Part shown: in pieces, positions 47,577 to 60,299 of the stretch
Position numbering within the stretch: position 1 is the first letter of the stretch
Layout of the letters: every line of letters begins with the position of its first letter
Source: Marsupella aquatica
Taxonomy: Eukaryota; Plantae; Marchantiophyta
Direction: 5' to 3'
NCBI GenBank assembly: GCA_973895155.1
Contig: OZ316898.1
Span: 16,475,420 to 16,539,419 of the forward strand
Length of the DNA stretch: 64,000 bases
Notes under the pieces: model-generated
Seen by the model: the letters and a program-made list of their open reading frames with translations, nothing else
Told to the model about the DNA's origin: nothing
The model's database searches: none
Made by a program: the position numbers and the translations under genes

Positions 47577-49005
47577 GTGATGGGGCTACTTAAATTTGCC
47601 TCTTGGAATGTTTGCGGCCTTTGTAATCCGGATTGCAAATATGTGGTTTTGCGATGGGTGTCCTCACTGCGACCCTCGCTGGATGCACTTGCTTTACAGG
47701 AAATCGAGGCTGAGGGATTTAGACTCCATAATGCCTTACTTACTATACTCCCTTCCTATCAGCATTTCTATTCTGCTCCTGAGGATGGGAGAGGTGGAAC
47801 TGCAATTTTAATCAGTCCCTTGTTTACTGTGACGGCCTCTGGACGGTTTGACAGGGTGTATTGGTACAATTTGAGCACTCTGGAGGAAAGTTTGGTCTCA
47901 TAAGTTTGTATGCACCTTACTCCTCGGGAGAGAGATTACTCTTGTGGAATGATCTATTAAATGAATTGCCTCAGGAGCGTTGGATTCTTTGCGGGGATTT
48001 TAATCCACGGGAGAGAGATTACTCTTGTGGAATGATCTATTAAATGAATTGCCTCAGGAGCGTTGGGAAGGGAGCTAGAGGTATGGCGTTTGTTCAAAAT
48101 CCGTTTTGACCTCCTGGATGCTATGTCCATTTTGGGCCAGGTGAGGACTGGTGCCACTTTCACCTGGCGCAGGGTCCGGTTTGGCAGACTTGTTCAATCA
48201 CGGCTTGATCGGTTTTACTTCAGTGAGAAGGGACAGTGGATGGAAGAAGCGACTGAGCTTATACATGATGGTTCGTCGGCCCTGTCCGACCATGATCCTA
48301 TTTTGATAACCTTTCGAGTAACTCCACTCATAGCGTCTGACTCAATTGCTAGAAGGGCTACCTATTTTAGAGCAAATCCTGCAGTTCTTAAACGAAGTGG
48401 AAACTTGGAGAGGCTGGCTGAAGCTTGGAATACAGAGGTAGAGAATAATGCGGACTCTCATTTGAAATTTGGTAATGCCTATCAACGATTCCGGAGGTGC
48501 TACATGGAAATTCATTTCTTTGCCCATGCCTCTGAGGAAGAATTGGCCTTGATGAAAAACAAGTTACGCTTGTTGAAAATTACAATCCTGGAAGAGTACT
48601 CTGAAGACAATGTCCAGGACTTTGAGACTACAGATCGATGTGTAAGGGAGATGGAGCTGGAAGATGCTCATTACAAGCGCAGACTTTCCAGGATTAATTG
48701 GCTGGGCCAAGGTGATGAGCCCTCGAAATTCTATTTCTCCTTGATACAAGCGAGGCGACTAAGGGATAACATGGAGTATCTGGTTGGAGCGGACGGACAA
48801 GAGATTCGTGAAGAAAAAATGATTGTTGGCGAAGTGCAGCAGTTTTGTGAGACTCTATATTCACCTGCGGAGCTGAATACAGAGGAACGACTAGTGATGC
48901 GCGGAAGGCTTTGTGGCAACACACGCTTTACTCCCTCTGCTGCGGGAATTCGGAAACTTGAGGCACTTCCAATTATGAAGGAGTTACAGGAGACTTTGTT
49001 GTTGC
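47577..49005 (+). mobile_element. L1-like LINE ORF2 5' part (AP endonuclease), degenerate
   Basis: ASWNV.GL, LQE, LYAP, WILCGDFN, SRLDRFY, SDHDPI and GDEPSKFYF motifs; ~60-bp internal duplication near 47926/48008. Confidence 0.85.
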
Positions 49006-49604
49006 CTGGAGATAGAGCTAAATCCCTCGTATTATGGGTGATACGCAAACAAGGGTGTTGCCTGCAGTTATCAGGGCCAGTGTACAACATTAAGACACAA
49101 TTCGGCACAGAGATTTCACCGAAATTACTGCGCCTCTCCACGATGACCCAATTGCAGCGTAGGTTATCATGACGAAAATTATACACTCTGTACAAGAAAT
49201 AGTCCATGATGGCCCGATTCCATCTTTTGGCAAACACTACGATGCCCGGCTACACTGCAAGTCTTGATCGTGATGAATTTAAGAAAAGATAAAAATCACG
49301 CCCAGAAGGGTACATCGTGTGTCACTCAGTTGACTAGATTCCCCATCAATTTCTTCACAACGGAAAACGAACTGCAAAACTGCTCTTCTGCAAGAAATGG
49401 AGAAACATTCTGAGTACAGGCTGAGGACAAGTACATATATCAAGCCATTGTAAAGAACTCTTCTCTTACATGCATCCACAGACCATGATCAAAGTCGATT
49501 TTTGTTTAGCAGTGGCTTCTTGACTGTAGGTAAAAGGATCGAAGCCTCTTTTCACTCAAGGACTCCATTTTCTAAAATAGTATCAATGCAGAGTCCCAAA
49601 ATAC

Positions 49605-51880
49605 TCACAGGGCCGCCGTCAAAGCAATGGACTGCAGCATGAGAGAGCAATGGATTTCATTTGTACCAGGAAGGCTGACTCCTTTGTTGGCCAATGCATC
49701 AGCCGCACAGTTATACTCCTGACAGGAACCAATTGTCAGACATAAAATGCGAGCATATTGGCTGGCACATGCAATACGTAATGCCTCACGCAAGAAGCTT
49801 ATAACACTCGCAGACTTCACTTCATTGTTGTATTACTGCACTACAACTGCCCATATGCTGGCCGAAGAAGTCCTTGAATTTCAATTCACCATTGGTATAC
49901 ATACTCTGTCCACATGACGAATTTGGAACTCTTTAAAATTTTTTAGCAGCTCGGTGGCTTCCTGCCACAAAATGATGAGGCCTGGATTGTTTATTTTCCA
50001 CTTGCCTCGGACCTGTGCCCAGAACAAGACAACCAGAATTTTCAACAAAGTATGGGAACCAACACCCTAGAAAGTAGGGATACAAATGGATTGATTCGAA
50101 GTTGCCCCCAAAAATCAACGCAACCACCAGGGCTATAGATAAAACCTAAAAACAATGTAACGCGTAAGAAACCCTGGAGAGGGAAGACATGCAAAAGATA
50201 CATCTCCAAGAAAGAAATTTGATTCACTCGTTTTATTTGGACAAATGCCCTCATAATTCCCTCATGTAGGAAATGCGAGACAAAGATATACAAATCTAAG
50301 CGGTAAAGTACCTGCATTGTGACAAGCTTGGAATCTCCCTGTACTTGGATGCGCTGTATTCCAAGATCCAAAGCCCTTCTCATTCCTGCAATTAGACCTC
50401 TGTATTCTGCAACATTGTTTGTGGCCTTACCGAGACCAACACTTATGTTGCACACCTGATCATACAAGTTCTACGTCAGGTTCTACTTTGGAGAAGCACT
50501 ACAACATCAAATTATTGTTAAGTCATTGACATCTTCATGAGAGCAAGCAGCTATTATCATGGACGTCATCGATAATTTGGAGCGAAGTGGGAGAACACGA
50601 ATGCAGAGAAGGGCAAGTGAATAATTTGCCATAAGTCTTTGAGGATTTCCAAACTGATGGTGCACGCTTCAAAATCCTTCGTGGAAAGGGGAAACTTTGA
50701 AAATACCTACCACTGTTCCATCAGGATGACGAAGGAGGGCCCCAGCACCTGCAGCACCTGGATTGCCCTTGGATGCCCCATCATATTCTAATTGATACAT
50801 AACCTGGTTGAAATATGAAACACAATTGTCAGATGCCGGAATTTGTACTCTTCGACTCACTATTAGTTTCTGTTGTCATAGTAGGCTGTAATTCAATTGA
50901 AGAGCAAAGCTACACGCATGGTAAAATGCGAAGACAAGTAGGACATTTCTGGGGAAATCATTCCCGACCGGAAAGGGATGAAAGGTACATTCACGTCAGA
51001 TACTGACTCGAGGTCGGCAGTGAGGTGTGTCAGCGACCGTAAAGGTTCAGCTTCGGTCAGCTGGTCTAGGCCCGGCTCTGTCTTACGAGGATCCAAAAGC
51101 TCCTCATAATCTGCTGGAGCCATTTCAAGCACAGAAGAAGAGATTCGCGATGCATATTTTGTGAATGGATTTCTGATAAGTGCTGCTTGTGATTCCTGTG
51201 AATTGAAAAGTTCAGGGCTTAGATTCTTGCTACTGAAAGCCGCTTCCCAGAATTAAACTCAAAGACCTTAGCTTCATTGCAACACCAAAAAGACATCAAG
51301 GAGTAATCCTCACCTACTCCAGTAAACACTTGTATGAGTGCACGAGACAGTATATATGAAATATCTCACGGAAAACACTGTAGGGTGAAAAAGAGACCTT
51401 GTTTTTGATAAAAATGGCGTTGTGCAACGAGCTCTTTGGCAGAGCCACTTTAGCTACTTTCGTGGAGCGCTTCGACCCCTCCTCTTCCAGATACTGGTCA
51501 GCTTCAGCTTCAGATAGGAACGATTTGTATTTCTGTCCTTTGAATCCCTTCACCTGCATGGAAGTGCCAAGCGAAGGCAATGATGAAAGATTAATACATG
51601 GATGGGATAATTCAGATTCAGGTGAGGTAGACCACTCAGAATTTAATGCCTCAAAAATCTATATGATACCCTAATCAATGCTTGTCAGTGGGAAGCAGAA
51701 TGGGGAAGGATCTCCACAGACCTGGCGCTCACAATCTGCCCAAGTTTCGTAGATGCCCGGCTGATAGCCAGCCGCTACAGCATAATACTTCCGTTTGGTG
51801 GCCATCAACACCGCCGGGCTAAGGGCGACTGTGACCAATATGCTGGCAGCCAAGTGGCTTCTTAGAGTGAACGCCAACAT
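49605..51880 (-). CDS. RNH1: Ribonuclease H1 (N-terminal hybrid-binding domain plus RNase HI domain), about 7 exons
   Basis: YYAVAAG..PGIYETWADCERQV/KGF...YKSF; YDGASKGNPGAAGAG, TNNVAEY, GDSKLV, HVDR/EYN.AADALAN on GT-AG exons. Start (51880 or 51805), linker exon and last exon uncertain. Confidence 0.85.
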
Positions 51881-52228
51881 AGATTATTCCCACACTCTCA
51901 CGCCCCTCCAGACCAAAATCTCACCCTCGACTTCAGTCACGATTCCTGCTCCGAATTCTCCTGAATCCCTTTTCTGATGGATAATTTTCAGACCATCACT
52001 GGCATCTGAAACATGAAGATCAGTCAGTAGATTTTATATAATGTCGATCGACTGGTGTACCTAAGTTCCACGCCAGCTGTCCTCTGACTTTTGCCCACTC
52101 TGCCTTTATTTATCGTGGTCAACATCGTTCATTTTCGGTTTCATGAACGAGAGGGCAAGCGGGCCCATAGTAAATCCAGAAAGCCACCAAAACTTAGTAT
52201 AACAAAAATTCAGATAGCCACAACGGAC

Positions 52229-53135
52229 TATATATATATATCAAATGCCAAAAGACAAAAAGTAGATCCCAAAGGCTAATGGCCCAATGAAAGGGAGGCA
52301 ACAAAAAGCCACAAAGGCAAGGGGCGACCCACCACAAAAGCAACAAAACCAAACCAAGGGCAAATTGAAGAGCTTGGTAGAGCTAGGGGGGTTAAAATGC
52401 AGAGGAAGGCGAAGCAATGGAATCTACCTAGAAGCCCTAAAACCAACTGCGTCACCCTGAGAATAGTGAATGCCTGAGCCCTCTAAAGCGCATTTGACAC
52501 CATCTATCGAGGAGGCCGTGATGACAGACACAAGTAACAAGGCCTCCTCGATCATAGCAAACGGTCAAAGGCCAAGTGTAGAGCCCCCAAAACCTCCACA
52601 ACAAACGGGTAGAAAAGGTCCCCTGGGTAATGTATAGCATATGCCTCCTCCTTGAGCCCCGGGGGTCTCACTATATGGATGACTTCCCATCATCTGTGAC
52701 ATTTTTAGGCCTCGGACCCCCTAAAATGTAAGAAAAAATTATATATTTTCAACCCCTTTAAAGTTGGAATATTCAAAGAATATTTCAAAATACCCTAATG
52801 TCCTTATAAGTCTCAAACTTGGATTTGAAAGACCCTATTATTATTTTGAGCCATGCAGGCCTCACCGCAACATGGCCCGGTATATGGGCAGCCGACTCAA
52901 TGTTGGTCCCACTGGTAAGGTACGCCATGACCACATCCCCAAGGACCCGGACACCAGCCCGAGAGAAGACCAGATCAGCCCGGCACTGAGCGGGAACCCC
53001 ATCTTGGGGTCACAACACATTTGCCGCTCCATTGAGACATGGTACCCAAAGTCATGGGCAGTGGCAGCAACTGCATCCCGAATGTCATAGTGTGTTTCCA
53101 TCCTCTCACTACCATGGCCACACCAAATAATATAA
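52229..53135 (-). mobile_element. 3' fragment of a CRE-like element related to 39385-42535, split by a ~190-bp insert
   Basis: THYDIRDAVAATAHDFGYHV is homologous; 3' UTR and (TA)n tail resemble the 124-bp unit; the insert is flanked by TTGAGCC. Confidence 0.7.
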
Positions 53136-54176
53136 ATGCCCTCCTTGTTCGCCCCCTTAAAAGTGTCGTGCAGGACAGTTAGCTAGTTTTTGTGCTTATT
53201 AGAGATTTGTTTTTGCAAAGTTGAGAACTACATTAGGAGTGATTTCTTGCAGCAAGAGTAACAAAAAAGTTAACCAATATAAAAGGGACTAAGGTGATCT
53301 TGGTACCTGAGTGTGGGATAAGCACTAGCTTTTAGGGTTGATTCATTTTGCAAATTAGAAGCATGCATGCTTCTCATTGATTAAATGGAATACTTGACCA
53401 AGTTAGGATAGAAAAGGCTAACCCCTGAATTAAGTAGGGCATAGGGAAGAGTAGTAAGTAACTAGAGAAGTACTTGGAATAGAGTCAAACTCAGTGTCAC
53501 ACAAGGGCTACCAAGGTTCCTAAAGGAAAATCCTGGTGAAGTGTTGAATGTGTTGGTACAATGGGTTTTGACAAATGTGTTTCCACAAAAGTTGGAGAGT
53601 GAACTTCTTTCCAAGACTCTTGTGACTAAACAACAGAAGACACAATCAGATATCCTGGAAAGTGAATGGATATAGCTTACAGATGTTTTGCACTGCTGGA
53701 TTTTAATATGGTTGGGTAAAAGATGATTCAATGGTGTACAAGTAATGCAACATATATAACAACCAAAAGGAAGGTTGTAAAAATGCTAGCTAGTAGGATG
53801 TCTCTTCCATTGTCTTCAATTGTGCTGCCTAGAGGGAAACTTTCCAAGGAATACGCAAGCTAGTTACTAGGGCATCTCAAAGATGCGTTTTGCAGGCACG
53901 GGAGGTGTCCACAACATGCAAGTTACGGTGTAAGCTGGTAAAAGTTATGGGATGCTGATTTAGGCAGTCAATAACTTTTTTGTGGGAATTGACAGTAACC
54001 CATCATCGTAGACCGCATGACTGTCAAGGATCACGTATGAACAAGTTTATGATTCAAGGGAATGTTTGCTGGGAAAGTTTGGAACATTCGATGAGTTTAC
54101 ACTTTGGAGCATTTGACAACCCTAACTTCCCTAAAAACTTGACATGAAAACGATTACAGTAATAATGAGAAGCCAG

Positions 54177-55029
54177 ACTTCCAGGGCTAAAACTTTTATA
54201 TGGAGGATTATCGCCCAGGGTCTCTTTTCCGGATCTAGAGTGTTGAGTACTGCGAAGTCTGATGGACTTTGTGTGCTACGATGTGGGGTAATGGAGACCA
54301 TTCCACATATTTTCGTTTAATGCAAGCATGCACTTGGTTGCTGGAGTGAGGTCTGTGGATGGCTCACTGGACAGCTTATAGGCCGGACTGTGACTATTAT
54401 TGGCCTTCTATTGTTCTTTCGGTGTAGATCACCTCTGTGGACGCTACGTCTTTTTCGATATACGAGATCCTTCAATGCACATGGCTAGCATGGAACGGCC
54501 AGACCTTTGACTTAGCTGGGAAACGCGTCTTCAATCCAATTTCAGCTACTATGAGACTTTAGATCATTTGTCTGCTGTCACTACCACATCAGGCTCTAGC
54601 CGGAAACATACTCGACTAGTTGGTGTTGTTTCTCTCTTGGAAGCAAAACGAGAATGGATTTTAAGGACTTGTGTTAGACAGGTAGAGTCTTTATGTGAGA
54701 TCATGACTTGCCGCAACGAGACTTAGGTTTAGAGGTAATATTTGAAATGCTTTAACCTCTACTTGCTGATATAGCTTGGCTAGGGTTGACAGGGCTGAAG
54801 AATAGTACAGTGGTGGCCTTTGTTGATGGTTTTTTTAACAGTTCTTGACTGAGTTGCGTGTCATACCTGGTCCACTTTTTGACCTGGACTCTCAACTCCT
54901 TAAATTTGTCTTTCCCTTATGTACTTTTTGCCTTCTTTGAGGAGCTGCTGTCTTTTGGCCTGCTTGGTCCCCCCATCCATGGGGTTCACGCAGAATAAAT
55001 GGAAATTAAAATAATAATCAAGTCATAAA
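54177..55029 (+). mobile_element. 5'-truncated LINE insertion (zf-RVT end)
   Basis: KLFIWRI..C..C..ET..H..C; A-rich tail; 16-bp TSD AATAATGAGAAGCCAG (54161-54176 and 55030-55045). Confidence 0.8.
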
Positions 55030-57071
55030 AATAATGAGAAGCCAGCAAGAACAACTTTTGAGGCTTCTATTTAGGTACCTGGATTGTCCAATCATGCATC
55101 TGATTCTGAAATCTTGTGTGGGAGACTTCCTTTAACCTTGGACAATCCTTAAATGAAGTGAAGTACCAGTCTAGGTGTTTGAACAAACCCAAGAGCCACC
55201 ACACCATAATCTTGTGATTCTCCCATCTCTTCACAAACACTATCAACAGGAATTAGTCTTGTTTTCCTCTCCAATAGGAAGAATTTACTCCAAATAACTG
55301 AAGTTAGTTGACCTGGAACAGATCAACAAACTAAGCATTCCTTAAATTCTGGTATAATAAGTCACATAGTTATAGCTCTGACTGTCTTGAAACAAATCTA
55401 TTCTAGTACTAACCTCATCTCACAGCCTAGCCAGGAAGGGAAGAAAAAACCAACAATTTGAAAGGAAAGACTTGCAAAAGGAGACCCTAATTGGGATTGT
55501 ACGATTTTCCATTTGGGAACCCCTACCTCCCGCCCTACTACTTAAAGTCAAGTTCAAGCTATCAAATTAAATGAGATGACTTGGAATGGATCACTTGGAT
55601 TCAGGAGGAGTAAAGCGCACCCAAAGCTTGCAGTCAAGGAGTCAGACATGCACGATTTTAGCAGTGTTGCCAATGTGAGGATTTGTCTGAGTCAAAATTG
55701 AGGAAGGGTTCAGAGATTTGTATTCAGCTGGTAAAATGCATATGTTTTTTTAACAATTGCAATTCACTCTTTTTAGGATCTTTCAAGAATCAGCTTGCTA
55801 CACTGTCTGGTGACTTCAATTTCTTGTGTCCTGGGTTCTGGCTTTTATGGATGGAAACATCAGGACCCAAGGGTGTCCATCTTCTTGCTTGAGAATGAGA
55901 GGAAGAGACTCAAACAATACAGGGGCTGGATGACGGTCTAGACTACGTTTGTGTCAGAAACTTCAGCCTCTTCGATTGCAACAGATCAAAGTTTGTCTGG
56001 TCAATCCTAACCTGATGTTGGGAGTTTAAATGTACTTAATGCGAGGGCGATTATTGTCTTCATTTAATAGAGGTGGTTAGTCTTTATCAAAGAATCAGTT
56101 ACTTTGCATTGTAGACTTGTCCTTTTTATGTTTAAACTAGTTTTCAATGATTTACTTATTATTGTTAAAATACAAAATGTAAATAAAATATTTACTGATG
56201 AAGTATTTTCTTGGTCTAGAGGCTTGTATTATAGTTACTTTTACTTTAATTTTTACCACATGGTGTCCCAAAATTTACAGGAAAGTGACACAAACATGAT
56301 TGGGGGTGGTTATTTCAATTTGCAAACAAGTAGACATGTTTGTTGCACATGTTATTGATGTGGTGCTCTCTGGTGCCAGAAATTTTGCAAGGGACCCCTC
56401 ATGGGGTCAGTAAAACCACTTCATAGAATGGTCATAGAATGGTCCAAGGTTGTATATTTCTTGATTAGCAATTAGCATGAATGCCCAAGCTTTGCTTATA
56501 AATAAATGATGACTACCAATTATGCACTATTTCGATTCTACCACAATTGTACCTGTGCCCCCAATGGCGTGAGAGGTAAGGCAGGGGTGCCTAAGTGCAC
56601 CGCTTTTGTTGCATTAGCCACTCAACTGCTCATGAGCATGCTGCCTTTAGAAGCCAAACAATAAATAAATTTGGGGCACAACCTACTGTAGCTTAACTCC
56701 TGTTAAAAGTTGTCCAAGGCCCTCGAGTTGCCTCGAATCAAGCTGCCAAATAAGGACTAGACGAGCATACCCTGAAAGTACAGTACGCAGTACGCAGTGC
56801 AAACGCAACGCAACGCAATTCTACATTCCTCGCGTCACTCGACTGCCTCACTCACTGACTTCCTGTCCAATGCATATACCACAACCCTATTCCTCGTTTC
56901 GTTTCGTTCGAGCCCAATCATTCATTTGCCCACAATGACTGAGTCTGCGAGTTTGGGAGCTTTGGACCAGAGCAGATGATTGGAAGCCTCGGACGAGAGA
57001 CGTAGACCCCAATATCCAGCTCGTAGAACGAACCGTGATTGATTTCGTCAGGTGAGAAGAGAGCTCTGGAG

Positions 57072-60000
57072 ATGGCGATGGCGTGCGGGCGCAGCAGCAG
57101 CGCTCGATCGCTATCGACATTATTGCGTAAAGCCGTTGCCAGTCGCTGCTCGTCATTGTCATCATTGTTGTCGGGGTCTTCATGCTCGTCTGATTCGTCT
57201 TCTGCTGCCACTACTGGTGCGATTAGTTCTACTCTCGGCTTTTCTCAAGGAAACAACAGCTCGGATCTGAGGGCTAGTGGCAGTGATACTGGTGCGCCAG
57301 TCCCCGCGGGGCTTACGGGATTGGGAGGTTCCGTTCCGTTCGTTTCGTTCCGTTTGGTTTCTGTACTGGAATTTACGCTGCTTGTCTCTAGTCCCTTCCC
57401 TTCACCGCATTAACCCGGATTATTTGTTGTGAATTGATGTATGAGAATTGATGGAACCACCACTTTTGGTTCATTAGTGAATGGCTGGATTGGATTTAGT
57501 GCTATGAAGTGAACGGATAGGACAGCAATGGTCGACTTAGCTGAATTCTTCGAAGTGCATGCTTTTGTTGGGGTTTTGGATCATAAATGTCTACAATTGT
57601 ATAAACCATTGCTCAAGATTTTCCTCGGAACGAATGGTAGCAGCGCTAGATCTGTGTTGTAGAATAGACCACCAAGAATATGGTACTAGTGTGAAGTACC
57701 TGTTATCGACTTCTCTTTGCATGTCAACGTAAATTTTGATTTAATTCAAGATAATTTAATTGCCTTCATTCTAGTAAGATTGCATGCCAACAAAAAGGTA
57801 GTTCTTAATGAAATTTTAGGGGTTTGGTCACAGACAGAAGTAAATATGGGTTCACTTTTTAACGGTAAAATGTCTGGTATAGCCGATACCTTACAATGTA
57901 GGGAGGAACAGCTCAATTGCCGGGGTTGCTTTGTTTGAATGTGGTATTGGATGAGAAAGTCTAGGAGGTAACTTCAACGCTCAGAGCTGCACATCTTATT
58001 GTGCAAAGTGAACTCCTGCTTTTGGAAACGTGTCATAGGAAGATGTCTGAACTGAATCTGATCGTTGCGCAGACGCGTTAGGCTCCCTCTTCAATAGCTT
58101 CAAGCACGAAGATTGGAACGTGGTAGATGGAGTTCACTCTTTCCAAACTTCCTTTCCTTACTCGGTATGCTCTTGCGAAGATATTATGTCTTGGAGATGT
58201 TCTCATCTCAAAGCGCAAAATCGATTGAGCCGTGATTTTCGCTTCCCTTCCTTTTAGTAGAGAATCAGATTTTGCTATTTTGGCAATGTCTCTTTGTTGT
58301 TGATGGTCTGAGAGACTAGCCGTATTTCCCTGTTTTAAGAGCTGATCTGGTTGATGGAATTCTCAGGCCCTCCTAGGTCGTGCAAGTGCTACATCACTTG
58401 CAGATTCAAGGTCAACTAGGCCATTTTCGAGCCAAGGTGCACCACTTATAGAGGTTAGTTTTTACTTGTGTTCCTCATTCCAATCCTGGTACTTGTCTAA
58501 ATTGGAACTCCTGAACTGGCCATTTGTATTTGGAGCCCTATTTGTGTGAGTGCCCTAGCGTGACAATAAGCGAGATGAACGAATGGCTGCAGGTCTCTCA
58601 ATTATCGACCCTACCGTGGCCACGACATCCACGTCGGGATAGAGATGTACTCCCCAAATGTCAGGCACTGCTATCAAGACCTTCTACTACAAGCTCTCTA
58701 GTGTGTCGTCCGGCATCTCCAGACTTATCTCTTGGGACGAGCAGTGTCGATCAGGTTGGCTCCTAAGTATTTCTACGTATCGTTAGTTGTTGATGGTCGG
58801 GTTGCTGTCCTTTTTAGCGTGATCTCAGATCGATTAGTTTCAGCAAACCCTTCGCTACTCTCATCCTTCTCCAACCACAGGTCTCGTGTCTTTGGTACCC
58901 TCACCATTGCAACTGATAGATTGACGTAGAGTGACTCGACTTAGTCAATCAGTAGTAGAGATGGATACCCTATATATTTCCCCTACAAGTTGCGCCTCAC
59001 TGACGATCACTCATGCACCTGTGCCAGAGCTACATGAAATACTACATTAGCAAGAAAAGACTGCTGTTGAGAATCAAGTGTAGCGCCTGAAAGCTGAGCA
59101 CATTTACATGTTGGAGCACAGGACTAGAGTTGTTTTAATCCTTTGGATCTCTTGGAGAGTTGGAACCTCGGATTAGTCACAAGGTGGCTACACAACATTC
59201 GTGTCTGTCTGGAGGATCTCTCTGAGGAATTGCGGTCCTAGATCTCCGATATGGTGGCTTTGTCTTCATTGATAGCCATAGATCTGTTGGGGATGTGGTA
59301 ACATTTGATCTTACAAGAGTGACTCGCTAGAATTGCATAGACTGCGACACACAATATAGCTTTGTCCTGTCCAACATCGGAGGGTTTAAATAGTGTTCAC
59401 TTTTAGACAGAAGCTCTTAGTAATAGTCACGCTAGTCACACATATACAGGGCATCGAACTGAACTAGTTATTACATATATGACATCGTGGGGTTTTGAGA
59501 CATCTAAATGAACGGGCTGGGAATGTAGCAGCTCATTACGAACACTAATTGCCGGTCATCTGCTCTAGGACAAGTTGGATCCTTTTGCCCTTGTTGCAGA
59601 CGAGCTGGCTATGCTAGGACACAAACTGCGGTCCATGGTAGCTGCAGAGGTGCGGTCTCATTGACTTTCTGCTTGATTCTATGATGGCCTTCGTGTCTGT
59701 TGGGGTCTGTTTGGAAAGATTAAATGCTTCTATTTCTGAAAATGATGGTTATTGAAGCGTCTTGATTTTACTATTGCTGTAGCTCATTCTTATCATGCCG
59801 CTCCGCAAGCCGTGGATTGTAGACTGATGGAGTTGCTTCAGTGTCAACGTTTGTATTACTGCAGTGTTTTCATATTTGGTTATTGCAGAGCTGACAAGGC
59901 TCTGTGCACCTTGATGTGAGCAGGACTGATGACCTATAACTGTTGAAGAATAATTATTCCTCATATTTGGTCATTGCAGAGCTGACAAGGCTCTGTGCAC

Positions 60001-60265
60001 CTTGATGTGAGCAGGATTGATGACCTATAGCTGTTGATGAATAGTGATTTCATCGCAGGTTTTCAGGAACCCATAATTCTCATTGTGTGGTGCAGGTCCC
60101 AAGATTAGCAGAGGCAGCCGAGTACTTCTTTAAGCTTGGTGTTGAGGGCAAGCGCTTTCGGCCCATGGTATTCACCTGTGTGCAAGCTCTCACAATTTGA
60201 CGCCTTATAACAGAAACGAGCTTACGTTGCTTGTGTTTTTCCATTCCGCCCCCCCCCCCCGGCCC

Positions 60266-60299
<34 letters not shown>

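Noticed and set aside
47577-55029. A single LINE that captured the RNase H1 gene
   Set aside because: The 3' LINE piece has its own 16-bp TSD, and RNH1 is intron-containing and antisense; these are independent insertions
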